A stretch of 64,000 bases of DNA from Octopus sinensis (GCF_006345805.1 NC_043017.1:27218001-27282000); one strand, 5' to 3'. Shown: positions 22,090-35,450, counted from the first letter of the stretch. Notes: generated by a model not told the origin, from the sequence alone. Program-made: numbers and translations.

Positions 22090-22830
22090 GCTGCTGCTGT
22101 TGTTGTATTCGTTGTTGTTATTATTGCTGTAGTTGTAGTTGCTTTTTCTTTCATTGTTTAAGTTGCTCTGTCTCCCTCCCTCTCTCCCACCCCATCTCTC
22201 CCTCTCTCTCTCCCTGTCTCTCTCTCTCTGTTGTTGTTGTTGTTGTTTTTGCTGTTGTTGTGGTTGCTCTTTTTGTCATTCTTTAAGTTGCTCTGTCTCC
22301 CTCTCTATCTCCCTCTCTCTCTCTATTTCCATCTCTCTCTCTCTCTGTTGTTGTTATTGTGATTGCTTTTTTTGTCATTCTTTAAGTTGTTCTCTCCCTC
22401 TCTGTCTCCCTCTCTCTCTCTCTCAGTCTCTCTCTCAGTCTCTCTCTCCCTCTCCCTCTCTCTCTCTCTCTCCCTCTCTCTGTGTTGTTGTTGTTGTTAT
22501 TGCTGCTGTTGTTTATTTTCATTGTTTAAGTCTCTCTCTCTCTCTGTTGGTGTTATTGCTGTTGTTGTAGTTGTTTTTTTTTTCATTGTTTAAGTTGCTC
22601 TCCTTTCTCTCCCCCCTCTCCCCTCTCTCTCTCTCTCTCTGTTGTTGTGGGTTTTTTTCATGTTTAAGTTGCTCTCCCCCTCCCCCTCTCTCTGTCCCCC
22701 TCACTCTCTCTCTCTCTCTGTTGTTGTTGTGGTTGGTTTTTTTCATTGTTTAAGTTCCTCTCCCCCCTCTCCCCCTATCTCTCTCCCTCACTCTCTCTCT
22801 CTCTATATATATATCTCTCTGTCTGTGTTG
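22090..22830. repeat. Higher-order satellite: 7 units of tcatt(g/c)tttaagttgctc + (CT)n + (GTT)n
   Basis: Anchor motif at about 22151, 22276, 22376, 22518, 22583, 22658, 22742. Confidence 0.9.
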
Positions 22831-22892
22831 TTGTATATTTTCTTATTGTATATATATTGTTTTTGGCCTTATCGTTCCATTGTATTTTCCAG

Positions 22893-22933
22893 TTCTGATT
22901 CTGGTGTTAACTTCGTTGTTCATCCTTCGTGCA
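22893..22933 (+). CDS. Candidate 41-nt exon (xLILVLTSLFILRA or SDSGVNFVVHPSC)
   Basis: Acceptor ttccattgtattttccAG, donor GTGAGT at 22934; no linked exons established. Confidence 0.25.
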
Positions 22934-23107
22934 GTGAGTAAATTGTTGTCATTTATTTTACGCTGATTTATTTTACTTCATTTCCTCTGTTTTCTCCTTT
23001 TCTTTTCCATTTTAAACATGTGTTGTCATTGCTGTTTCTGTCACTGTTTTAGATGATTATTTTTGCTGCTATTCTTCTTGTCATTCTAGTTACTGTACTT
23101 TCTTGGT

Positions 23108-23490
23108 GGAGGCGCAATGGCCCAGTGGTTAGGGCACCGACTCGCGGTCGTAGGATCGCGGTTTCGATTCCCAGACCGGGCCTTGTGAGTGTTTATTGAG
23201 CGAAAACACCTAAAAGTTCCACGAGGCTCCGGCAGGGGATGGTGGTGAACCCTGCTGTACTCTTTCACCACAACTTTCTCTCACTCTTACTTCCTGTTTC
23301 TGTTGTACCTGTATTTCAAAAGGGCCGGCCTTGTCACTCTCTGTGTCACCCTGAATATCTCCGAGAACTACGTTAAGGGTACACGTGTCTGTGGAGTGCT
23401 CAGTCACTTACACGTTAATTTCACGAGCAGGCTGTTCCGTTGATTCGGATCAACCGGAACCCTCGTCGTCGTAACCGACGGATTGCTTCC
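23108..23490 (+). mobile_element. SINE-D (tRNA-derived, about 390 bp)
   Basis: ggaggcgcaatggcccagtggttaggg A-box, gtttcgattccc B-box; homologues at 26366 and 49400. Confidence 0.9.
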
Positions 23491-24419
23491 ATCCACTGTA
23501 CTTTGTTACCGCTGTAAACAGTTACATTCATGACAAAAGAATTAAACAATTTTCCTCTTTCAATCGTATTTCACTCTCTCTTCAAACTCTAATATGCAAG
23601 ATAATGTACTATTATGACAGAAAGCAACACGAGAATGATTATATATTCAATATCATGTTTTCAGATGTAGACTCATAAATTTCATTTAAAATTCATTTGA
23701 CACAAATACTGTCAAATCTGTAAAATCAACAGATATGTATTCTTTATCAATATGAAGCATTATATGACTTTATTAAAGACTACGCCAATAACCAACATCT
23801 CTAAATATAAGCCATTTTCTATCTCAATTATATATCTTAGCTCTTACATATCTTCCGTCAATTTTCATATTTAGAAGACTGTCATAGCTGTTTGCGTTCT
23901 AAGCCAGCCGGCTATTATGCTGATTAAAGGCATGTTATTAACGCAACATCAAAAATTGTTAGTAGTCACAGAGTGTAATATGATGCTATTTTGTTTTTGT
24001 TTTTGTAAATCTGTAGTCTAATTATCATGCCAGTTGATAATCGAATTCATATGACAATTGTGTATAGTTACTTTTATCAAATCAGTGATATGGCGCCACT
24101 ATATTATCGAAATAAAATTGATGGAATACAAACAAATTCACTACGTGATGTAATTGGTAGATTCAAGCCCACTTCTTCACAGATATAGTTGAGAGATTCT
24201 TGCGATTTATCTGAAAGCAAAACAAATGTTGAGTGCCTTTAATGCTGATTACAACAGTTCCAGCTGCAATACAATAAATATGTAAGTGAAATCCGAATCA
24301 AGGTCAACGAGGTTGATAGGAGCGATAGTTAACACCATCTTCCATAGATAGATAGATAAATTTATAACGTATGTGAATATATTATGTGTGTATGAAAGCA
24401 TATATATATATATATATAC

Positions 24420-24765
24420 ATATTTCATTTTTGGATTTGGTTTGCAAGATTCTTTATATGAGTTCGTGTGTTGAAGCATATTCTGTTGTGTCTGGGGAGA
24501 GTCATTCTCTTTTAGTACCTTATTATTTAACACACTCACCAGTAAATTTCCACTTATTTTGTTTTTTATTTTACTAAAATTTCGTTGCGTCTTGCAACCT
24601 TTTCAAAAGTCTTGACTCTTGAAAGAGTCAAGACTTTGAAAGTTGCAAGACGCAACGAAAATTTTAGTAAAATAAAAAGTCGAAATAAGTGGAAATTTTA
24701 CCGGTGAGTGTGTTAAATAATAAGGTACTAAAAGAGAATGACTCTCCACAGACACAACAGAATAT
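24420..24765. mobile_element. Fold-back element (288-bp palindrome 24478-24765) with head-to-head degenerate hammerhead-like motifs
   Basis: 2-nt loop at 24621-22; each arm carries GUUGC-aagac-GCAAC-GAAA preceded by a decayed CUGAAGA-like string. Confidence 0.75.
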
Positions 24766-24770
24766 ATATA

Positions 24771-25127
24771 TACTCTTTTACTCTTTTACTTGTTTCAGTC
24801 ATTTGACTGCGGCCATGCTGGAGCACCACCTTTTAGTACTTATTCTATCGGTCTCTTTTTGCCGAACCGCTAAGTGACGGGGACCTAAACACACCAGCAT
24901 CGGTTGTCAAGCAATGCTAGGGGGACAAACACAAACACACACACACATATACATATATATACATATATACGACAGGCTTCTTTCAGTTTCCGTCTACCAA
25001 ATCCACTCACAAGGCATTGGTCGGCCCGGGGCTATAGCAGAAGACACTTGCCCAATATGCCACGCAGTGGGACTGAACCCGCAACTGTGTGGTTGGTTAG
25101 CAAGCTACTTACCACACAGCCACTCCT
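24771..25127 (-). mobile_element. SINE-AB copy with internal deletion in the tail
   Basis: Lacks the gtcgagcaaatcgacc..gtaagcc segment. Confidence 0.9.
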
Positions 25128-25145
25128 ATATATATATATATATAT

Positions 25146-25179
<34 letters not shown>

Positions 25180-25183
<4 letters not shown>

Positions 25184-25945
25184 GCCGAATGAGTAAATTC
25201 TTGACATGTTATATTTTTAATTTCATGTACGTGCATTTTTTGTTTTGGGTTTTGTCGACTACTCGGTATAGTAGGGTCATTTGGGCACCGTCTGTGAGAA
25301 AAAACAGCACCATGGTGCAATTCACCCTTCCTGAAATTTGGATTCGACATGCCGTGCTGCTTGATTTTCACGCTAGAACACACACTTCAGAATGTTTGAG
25401 TGTCAATCTGAAGATAGTACAATCTGAGGATATGTGCCGAAAGTGATAAAAATCAAACATCCTCATAACATCATGGTGTTTCGAGCATTCACTGGTGATG
25501 GAGATGTTATACGTCCAGTCATCTTCCCTCACGGTCTCAGACTCAACATGGAGTTCTACATCAAATGCCTAAAGGAGTTAGTGCTGTTGTGGGGCAAGAG
25601 GGTGCCTGCTGGAAGACACTATGTTTGGCCACAGGATGTTGTACCATGCCACACAAGAAGGAAAACTCAGTCATGTCTCTAAGGCAGTTTCTGAAACTAC
25701 ATCACCCCTACAATCTGGCCACCTAACTCACTACAACGCCTTTAATTATTATATGTGGGGCGCAGTTGAGCGAGAGAACAACAAAATTTCTTGTAAGATC
25801 AACGAATATGGCAACATTCATCAGCTCAAACAAGGAGAACTTCTGGAAGCGTTTCAGAAGGTCCCTAAGTCGTCTGGAGGCCGTGGTTGAAGCCGATTGC
25901 GATTTTATTGAATAAATTTATTCTTTAATATTTCAACATATTTTC
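25180..25945 (+). mobile_element. Internally deleted maT/DD37D transposase relic
   Basis: MVQFTLPEIWIRHAVLL; KHPHNIMVF..IFPHGLRLN..YVWPQDVVPCH..IWPPNS..YYMWGAVERE..SRLEAVVEADCDFIE* (stop 25913-15). 37-residue spacing only after restoring a small deletion. Confidence 0.85.
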
Positions 25946-26000
25946 TTTCACTAATGCATATCCATATATTTATCTCTCTCTCTTCCTCTATCTCTTTCTC

Positions 26001-26036
<36 letters not shown>

Positions 26037-26230
26037 ACACACGCGTGCTAACACACACAAGCAAACACACGAATACACACACACACACATATACATATAT
26101 CAAATAAATAACAAGTCTTGTTTGATATTTATACACCTTACTTCGAGCTGTGCGTATAAACCGGACTGACTTGCTACCTGAACATAAGTACCTACTTCAA
26201 CTGAATCTTAATTATTTCGTTTATATATAT

Positions 26231-26364
<134 letters not shown>

Positions 26365-26365
26365 T

Positions 26366-26712
26366 GGAGGTGCAATGGCCTGGTGGCTAGGGCAGCGAAC
26401 TTGCGGTCGTAGGATCGCGGTTTCGATTCCCAGACCGGGCGTTGTGAGTGTTTATTGAGCGAAAACACCTGAGCCTCCACGTGACACTGGCAGGTGAGGA
26501 CGGGGGCGAACCCTACCGTATTTTTTTCACCTTAACTCTCGCTCATTATTCGTTCCTGATTTTGTCGTACCTGTATAGCGTTGGGCCAGCTTTATCACAT
26601 TCTGTCTCACGCTGAATCTCTCCGAGAACTACGTTGATGGTACACCTGTCTGTGGAGTGCTCAGCCACTTGCACTTTAATTTCAGGAGCAGGCTGCTTGT
26701 TGATAGGATCAA
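26366..26712 (+). mobile_element. SINE-D copy
   Basis: Homologous to 23108-23490. Confidence 0.9.
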
Positions 26713-27978
26713 CATACGCAGTGCATCCTGGGTCAGACACCTGTCCAATATGATTTGCAAAGGAATTGATCACGAAACCGCCTAAATGTAAAGTCATCTT
26801 TCTCAACCAGAACTCCAGGCTCTCCTCATCACAAGTTTATTTTACTATCGATCTCATTTATTCGGTATTGATCATATCGACCCCAACTTTGCATGAAGCG
26901 GTGCATGTTGTTTATTTGATGGCGGCTGCTAATCGTCTGAGCCCAGAAGGAATTAATGCACAGAAGATTTTCCTAGAAGATTTCGATAAATATTTAGTTG
27001 TAAGGATTAACATGTTTGATGTCGGCCACATGCTTTATGTGTACCAGTAACAAAAAAAAGAAAAAAAAACTGTGTTCTTTGATGACTGTATCAGTATTTT
27101 GAAATAAATGACAGGAAAGAAGCCTCTGGCGAAATATAGCATAAACGTATAAACGTTCCGAATATTTCTCAAACGCTCCATAATAATATTATACACAAGT
27201 CCCCAAGGTCCGTCTGCACGAAGATGTAAAGGAACAACTGTGCATGTGTTTATTAGAACTCGAGTCTAAAGGTGTGATACACATTTTGGTGCACGCTGTC
27301 CAACATATCTGTGTATTTATTACAGCGACGTTTCCGGTACTCCATGCAGTGTCTCCGGCATTGATGGTTTCTTTTTGATGGTCTTATTCAGGTGCTATCC
27401 GTTTGTATACGTGTGTTGGTAGCTATTAACGTTGAAAATATCAATTCTTTCAAATGTTAAGGTAATTTATTATGTACAACTAAAACAAAATATATTTAAG
27501 ACAATAAATTTAATATACAAATATAATGAATGTTAGCATAATATTTTGAAATATACCACAGAGAGGAAAGAAAAGAAAAACTAAAACAAAAGCAAAATAA
27601 CACTGGGGAATTTATAAATGAGAAGTAGCAAAAATTATATAAAGAAAGATAAATGCTTTTTTATTTCGATAGTTGTATAAAAAGATCGATAATATATTTC
27701 CATATGAACATTTCTGCCGTAGGAAAGAAATATTGTGTATATTTATTCCGCTTTCCATATTTTCTTTCCATACATACAGCCACGTTATTATAAATTGCTT
27801 GCTTTATTCGTTACTAAATGTTCTGAGCTCAAGTTTGTTCTCAAGTTTCATATTATATTGTGAAATATTCTCTGCTTATGTATCTGTTCGATTACTGCAA
27901 AATATTAGTTTTACTTTGCAACCTGCAGTAGAATAGCATTTCTCTAGCGGTACTCACACACAAGGACACCACACACAC

Positions 27979-28011
<33 letters not shown>

Positions 28012-28028
28012 ATATATATATATATATA

Positions 28029-29016
28029 TAATTTCAACAATTGAGGGTAAAATTAATTAATTAATCAATTTCACCAAGTATTCAGTATGCAAAGGGACCA
28101 TTTAAGGCGAATTCAAATTATTACATTATATAAAAGGGCTTAGTAAAATAAATTACTTTGCCGCATACTGAACTCATTAGAAATAGCAGCCAAAAAAAAA
28201 CTTTTCTAAAACTATTTCTAATACTTAAAGAAAACCTCTCTCATATAGTGTTTGCTCAATTCAACTCACGGAAGTATGGGGGTAGAGACATTAAAAAATC
28301 AAATGCAAAGGTTATTTGAGAACGTACGTTTCAAGATTAGTCAAACTCGACATTTCTATCATCAGCTCAGAACTCCTTGGTTTGGATTTGAAAACACTGA
28401 AAGTGGGAGCATACCCTTTCGGCTTCTTCTCGCTTCTGAAGATCTGCTCGACACTAACAGTGCCAACAAACTCAAAAATGCAAGCGAAGAATTTCTGCTC
28501 TCCCCTTCCACCAGCGTGGGTTAAAATCAGTAAACACTATGCTTTTTTCGGTAAAATCCAAGGCATTATATAGAGAGAGATGAATTATAATTTCAACAAT
28601 TGAGGGTAAAATTAATTAATTAATCAATTTCACCAAGTATTCAGTATGCAAAGGGACCATTTAAGGCGAATTCAAATTATTACATTATATAAAAGGGCTT
28701 AGTAAAATAAATTACTTTGCCGCATACTGAACTCATTAGAAATAGCAGCCAAAAAAAAAAAAAAAAACTTTTCTAAAACTATTTCTAATACTTAAAGAAA
28801 ACCTCTCTCATATAGTGTTTGCTCAATTCAACTCACGGAAGTATGGGGGTAGAGACATTAAAGTTGAATTGAGCAAACACTATATGAGAGAGGTTTTCTT
28901 TAAGAATTAGAAATAGTTTTAGAAAAGTTTTTTTTTTTTGGCTGCTATTTCTAATGAGTTCAGTATGCGGCAAAGTAATTTATTTTACTAAGCCCTTTTA
29001 TATAATGTAATAATTT
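28029..29016 (-). mobile_element. Penelope-like non-autonomous structure: full unit (28029-28570), partial tandem copy (28587-28862), inverted 5' copy (28863-29016)
   Basis: About 265-bp direct repeats identical except poly-A length; 28863-29016 is the reverse complement of about 28673-28831; hammerhead motif in unit 1. Confidence 0.75.
28311..28373 (-). ncRNA. Type I hammerhead ribozyme, slightly degenerate
   Basis: UGAG/CUCA stem I, CUGAUGA, stem II AGA..GUC/GAC..UCU with U-U at its base, GAAAC-GUAC-GUU. Confidence 0.65.
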
Positions 29017-29029
29017 TATATATATATAT

Positions 29030-29350
29030 ATTATATTAAATTAGAGATCAAACCACTATTAGGCAAATCATACAATGAAAAACTTAAGCCAATACATAAG
29101 ATTATTTAATTTATATTACTTAAATATATAACAAAATTATTAAAAAATAATTAATTATATATTTTTAATAATTTTGTTATATATTTAAATAAAATAAATT
29201 AAATAATCTTATGTATTGGCTTAAGTTTTTCATTGTATGATTTGCCTAATGGTGGTTTTGTCTCTATTTAATATAATATAATATTTTACTATAAAATTGG
29301 ATTCAATCCTAAATCTGATTTTTCCCTGTAAGTTTGGATTTATTCCCTAA
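29030..29350. mobile_element. AT-rich fold-back element (arms about 29030-29148 / 29162-29280) with one-sided extension; related fragment at about 40125-40200
   Basis: Long near-perfect palindrome in TA context; shared acttacagggaaaaat motif. Confidence 0.7.
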
Positions 29351-29357
29351 TATTTAT

Positions 29358-29395
<38 letters not shown>

Positions 29396-29478
29396 ATATA
29401 TATGTGTGGTGTGTGTGTGTGTGTGGTGTGTGCGTGTGTACTGTATATATAATATATATATATCGGTGTGTGTGTGTA

Positions 29479-29525
<47 letters not shown>

Positions 29526-30547
29526 TTATGAGAGGTAATGGTGTTAGTGAGACCTAAATGTGTCAGGTAATCCTGAATAAATGCTATGGGTAGCACTTGC
29601 GTTCCAGGTTCGGTGACTATGCAAATAAGGGTTCCAATGTAGGTCATATATCAGCGTGTCTATATATTTTTTTCCGTAAGGAATTAGAAAACCAAGGCTG
29701 TGTAGATTTAGAACATTTATTATATCCCTTCATCGGAGACGGTGTGTGAAGATGGTTAAGTAATACTTAATTTTCATTCCACCACCTCACTCTCTACTTC
29801 GTGTCTTATCTAACTTAACTATTGCTTAAGCATCTTCTCAAATCTCCCAATCGTATAAGAAAGTTTTTGAAAACGCACTTCAATTCGCATTAATGTAAAT
29901 GTCTACCAAAGATAATGTGTGCTATTCTGCTTTTCGTTGTAGTTTGGATTCAAAGAATAATCTTTACCGACCTTACAGTATTATAACTTTAATTCAACTA
30001 CTCATAAATCACCTTAAAATCCACGATGAAATCATAACTCTTAGTCTATTCAGTAGAGCTAAACCGCTGCACTTCTAATCGTTACATGAAATTCTTCACA
30101 GTTTAAACGCTGGCTCTTTACAAAATAGTTACAGATTATGAAATATAAAGAACTACGTTGTAAGTTTTGCTTTATCGCAAGAGAGTGACAACATACAAAT
30201 CAAACTATCTCCGTAATGAAACTATATGCGTGAAGAATATTTCAAGGAAACACATTGAAGAAACGTAGCTACATTGAAATACAAATACAAATAATGAGAT
30301 TATACAAGTTATGTAATTTTAGTGACAAGTATTACGAAATGAATGCTTTCTTGAAATAATGCCATTCAGATATAATCGCTGCACATATCACTCTCTCTGC
30401 GACAAACACGGTTTAACTTCAAAGCATAAATTCTATTACTTATGCTGCGGTACACAATTTCTTAGAGAATCTCTTCAGTTGATATACCACACAAGTTTGC
30501 ATAGTAAATTGCAATATGAGATTAGTGGATATTCCTGGCATAGGTCA

Positions 30548-31148
30548 GGGGCGAATTGGCAGAAATTATGAGGGGATTTTACTAGTTGCCGGGCGAAATG
30601 CTTAGCGGTATTTCGTCTGCCGCTACATTCTGAGTTCAAATTCCACTGAGGTCGACTTTGCCATTCATCCTTTCGGGGTCGAAAAATTTAGTACCAATTA
30701 CACACTGGGGTCGATATAATCGACTTAATCCGTTTGTCTGTCCTTCTTTGTCTTCCCTGTGTTTAGCCCCTTCTGGGTAGTAAAGAAATAGGTATTTCTT
30801 CTGCCGCTACGTTCTGAGTTCAAACTCCACCGAGGTCGACTTTGCCATTCATCCTTTCGTAGTTGATTAAATGATTACCAGTTACGCACTGGGGTAGATA
30901 CAATCGACTTAATCCGTTTGTCTGTCCTTGATTGTCTCCTCTATGTTTAGCCCCTTGTGAGTAGTAAAGAATTAGGTATTTCTTCTGTCTTTATGTTCTG
31001 AATTCAAATTCCGCCGAGGTCGGGTTTGCTTTCACCTTTTCCCTTTCGTGGTTGATAAATTCAGTACCAGTTATATATTGGGATCGATCTAATCGACTGG
31101 CGCCATCTCCAAAAAATTCGCACCTTGTACCTATTGTAGAAAAGGATA
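30548..31148 (+). mobile_element. SINE-C head + 3 tandem bodies (third with alternative short tail)
   Basis: Junctions aagaaataggtatt at about 30790 and 30974. Confidence 0.9.
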
Positions 31149-32008
31149 AGGAACGAGTCTCGGGTGCATCGTGTCGAACACATAAAGAACATATTCTAGA
31201 GCATAAATGAATACAGGCTAAAAGTGACAGAAGAAAATGAAAAGTTTTGATGGAAAAATATAATACATAGGTCAAATAATCGACAAAAGCAGACGCAGAC
31301 CAGACCCATCAAGGGCGACTGCAATACAAATATGCCGAGGAATGTGACAATGCTATAAACATTCCTAGACATGGTAAATTATTACCAAGTGTATATCACA
31401 AATATATATAAGGTAAAAGTACCACCTGGTAAACTACTAAAAAAATGGCTTAATCGCCTGTTCTCTTCGTTAAAACTATTTAATGAGAGAAAACTCTGAA
31501 CTAATGCATAAAATAATTGCCCTGGCAAGTTTTAGAAACAACGATGAAGAAGGAGACGTTTTAAATGTTTTAATTAGCATTTCCTTGTGCGTTGAATTTA
31601 TTAATTTGATCTATTCTATTGAATTCTCGTAAAAAATACTAGAAAAATCTATACAGAAAACATTGTAAGTGTATATATTTTATTTTACGTGTCTGTTTGT
31701 CTGTGTCTGGTAAAAAGATCAAAAGTGGAGCGTTCAATTAGAAGTATTTGCAAGTATAGATCCGCATGATAATAGATTTGAATGTGTGATTCGAATCTTA
31801 AGACGGATGAGGTAAGATCTAGTGATGGTAAACTAGTTCGTGATGAGAAATACCTAGGTAAATGCGAATGAAACAAAATTACTTCACTTATATATCAAAT
31901 ATCTACTTAAGAAGTCATAAATCGAAAAAATAGAAAGGTATACACACAAGCGCTCACACGAATGTGTATCAACATGTATTAACATGAATGAGTGTTTGTT
32001 TGCATATA

Positions 32009-32057
<49 letters not shown>

Positions 32058-32174
32058 TAAATAAGAGTAGAAATTGATATTAATCAATTAAAACCAGTGA
32101 CCTAGCATATTTTTAAAAAATCCGAAGATTAAAATTTTTTTACATACAAAATTCAGAGGACTGACCACTACAAG

Positions 32175-32363
32175 TGGACAGCCTGTATGCTAGATATAGA
32201 CGTCAAAATCGCCATTTTCCACGACGAATGTGGTCTCAAGAAAAAATACAGCAAAAACACAAGGTGTAAAATGCTTTGTTTTTTTGCTGAATATTTTCTT
32301 GAGAACACATTCTTTATGGAAATTAGCGATTTTGACGTCTATATCTAGCATACAGGCTGTCCA
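32175..32363. repeat. Fold-back (arms about 32175-32263 / 32273-32363)
   Basis: tggacagcctgtatgctagatatagacgtcaaaatcgc and its reverse complement. Confidence 0.85.
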
Positions 32364-33453
32364 GTTTTTGTGGCCATTGCTCGAAATTTTATATATAAAA
32401 ATTTTTGTTAATATATATATATGTGTGTGTGTGTATACGTATGTATATATATATATATGCATATACATCCATATAAATCTACATGTATATTAGTGTGAAC
32501 GCATAGCTCAATGAGTATATTGGGGTTAACTATGGAAACTCTAAATTACAACTTCAGCAGAAAAAGAAGATGAAATGGATCGAAGGAAAACAATGAAAAT
32601 AGGTAGCAATTACTTGGCAGATTTGCGAACATGACGATAAAAATAATAATAAACGATAATAATAAAAATAAATGCAAAAAGCAATGTTTTAACATTCATA
32701 CTTGTAGAATTCTATAGCATTTTTCCTATTTGTTGAAAATTATTTTCATGTTTCATACAAATTATAGAAATATTTATCACAGATTATACGCTAAAATTGC
32801 TTTCAAAGAAAGTTTTTATTTTGGAAATACGTTCCAAGTGTGTGTTCATAAGCAAAATGAAATTAATTGTGATAAAAATCATATAAAATATATTAGAATT
32901 ATTTGAGGTGGCAAAATCGGTTGAGGTTTCTGTACACATGTTTGGCATTTACCAATAAAGAGATCTTTGTATCGTATAGTATATAAAAATATAACAAATT
33001 ATATGAAATTTTACCAAGTGTTTCGTTACAAATAATGACATGTTGCATTATACGTGGGAACTGCTTCTATTCAATCTACATGAAAAAAGATTACTTTATG
33101 GGAAAACCAAATTGTCAATACAACTGTTATATCCATGTTTGATTTCTCACTCATATTATGCTAAAGTACAAAGTTATTTTGAACACACTATGAATAAAGG
33201 AAACTTCACAGGGCATGTACATCATATCTCCCTCCTCGATAAATATATATATATATATATATATAATATATGTATATATTTATTTATTTTTATGTATAAA
33301 TCCATATATATATGTATATATATATAGATATATATGGATATAGATATGGATAAAGACATACATACATCCACATATACATACATATATATATACATATGGA
33401 TATAGACATACATACATTCAGATATATATATAAAGATGCATAAACACACACAT

Positions 33454-33493
<40 letters not shown>

Positions 33494-33703
33494 GTATATA
33501 TATACATATATAGCTCACTTACATTCAAATATACACACGTATACACGCACATATTGATTATATTGCTTGCTTTATGCATGACTAAAAATATATTTAACAG
33601 AATTCAAAGAATAATTCGAATACGAACTTCAAAAAGAAATTTAGTTATTGATTTCTGACTTAAATTCATATTACTTTCCTACTAAAATCTTAATGGCTAC
33701 ACA

Positions 33704-33751
<48 letters not shown>

Positions 33752-34551
33752 CACACACACACATATATATAATATATATATATACATGCTCATAACTGTA
33801 TATAATAGAGAAATATATAGATATCAATATACATGGATATACGTATAGATATATACGCGTGTGTTTTTTATCTATCTATATATATATATATGTCAGTGTG
33901 TGTGAGTGTGTCTGTGTGTTTTGTAATTCATACATATATTAACACACACATGTATATATATCTAGGTACACACGCATGGCCCCGTGAACGCGCGCGCTCA
34001 CATACACACACACAAACAATTTATTTATGCAGATATTTCCGAATATCGATACTTTGATACTGTTTTACTTATTACACGGGTTAAACATTTCCAATGCAGA
34101 AATTCTGATATTTATCCTCTTCCTAATTATCCAAGGGTATAAAGTTTATTGAAATCGCTTTTACTTTGAACAAACTGTAGATCACGCTACTGGATAATAT
34201 CATCGATGTGTTTCGTTATTATACCTGAATGATCGTTAATAAAAGACACTCTAAAATAATAGACTAATCTTGTTTTACTCTCTATTACCCATCTACAACT
34301 GCATGGTTGTACGAAAGGAATAAATTATGAAGTAAATTTCTTCTTACCGAACGAATATGTCATATCTAAGATACAGAGATTGATTCGTAATTCGAAATAT
34401 AAGCGAGATCGGCATGAATTTTTCTCTAAAAAAGACGAAGTGTAATTTGATTAAAACGATTGGGTTAATAAATGAGTGTTAAGAAAAAAAAAACATTCTT
34501 ATCTCACGAACGCTGACATGACTTTAATAGCGACATGTAGACAAATATGTC

Positions 34552-34957
34552 GGTGAGGTGGCAGAAACGTTAGCATGCCGGGCGAAATGCTTAGGGGTAT
34601 TTCGTCTGGCGTTACGTTCTGAATTCAAATTCCACCGATGCCGACTTGCCTTTCATCCTTTCGTGGTCGATTAAATAAGTACCAGTTACGCATTGGGGTC
34701 GATATAATCGAGTTAATCCGTCTGTCTGTCCTTGTTTGTCCTCTTTGAGTTTAGCCCTTTGTGGGCAGTAAAGAAATAGGTATTTCGTCTGTATGTACAT
34801 TCTGAGCTCAAATTCCGTCGAGGTCGACTCTACCATTCTTCCTTTCGGAGTCGATCAAATAAGTATCAGTGAAGCACTGGCGTCGATGTACTCGACTTAA
34901 TTCCATTACATGTCCTTGTTTATCCCCTCTACGTTTACCCACATGTGGGCAATAAAG
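34552..34957 (+). mobile_element. SINE-C head + 2 tandem bodies
   Basis: Junction aagaaataggtatttcg at about 34778. Confidence 0.9.
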
Positions 34958-35199
34958 TAAATTACAACAGGTAGACCAACGGTGGCAAGTAAAACTCACT
35001 TCACCAAAATTCCAATTTAAACTCTCAATTGATAGTTATGTGGATTACGCCTAAAAGACTACTTTTTTCCACTCAAGAAAGTGAACGGAGTGTTAGCCAG
35101 GAAAAAAGGATGTCATCAGACGGTATCCAACGATTATCAGGTGTTTCGAACCTGACCCGTAAACACACTTAACCCAATAGGGCATGAATGAAGCGCAAG

Positions 35200-35450
35200 T
35201 CCTGGAAAGGTTGTTTATGAATAACTAGCAGTCGCCCATGCATACCAGCCTTCCCTTTTCTGTGCCACCGATGTTATCCAAGGGAAAGATAAAAGCCGAT
35301 TCTGCTTGGTTCCAATGACGTCACGAGTCATTTGTAAAGCTGAGTGAACTCGAGTAACGTGAAATAAAGTGTCTTGCTCAAGAACACACCAAATAGATTG
35401 GGAATCGAACTCTCTTCCGCATGACTGTGTGCCCGACGCTCTAACCATTG
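35200..35450 (-). mobile_element. tRNA-derived CORE-type SINE
   Basis: Minus strand tggttagagcg..gttcgattccc..gtgttcttgagcaagacacttt..cactcagct..aaatga (CORE-like). Confidence 0.75.

Noticed and set aside
24183-24281. Strong AG..GTAAGT exon-like segment (similar cases at about 27392-27461 and 30102-30159)
   Set aside because: Stops in all frames; such pseudo-exons are common in AT-rich DNA. A lncRNA cannot be excluded without RNA data.
35105-35150. CUGAUGA and GAAAC on the minus strand in type II order
   Set aside because: No stem II base pair and no NUH site.
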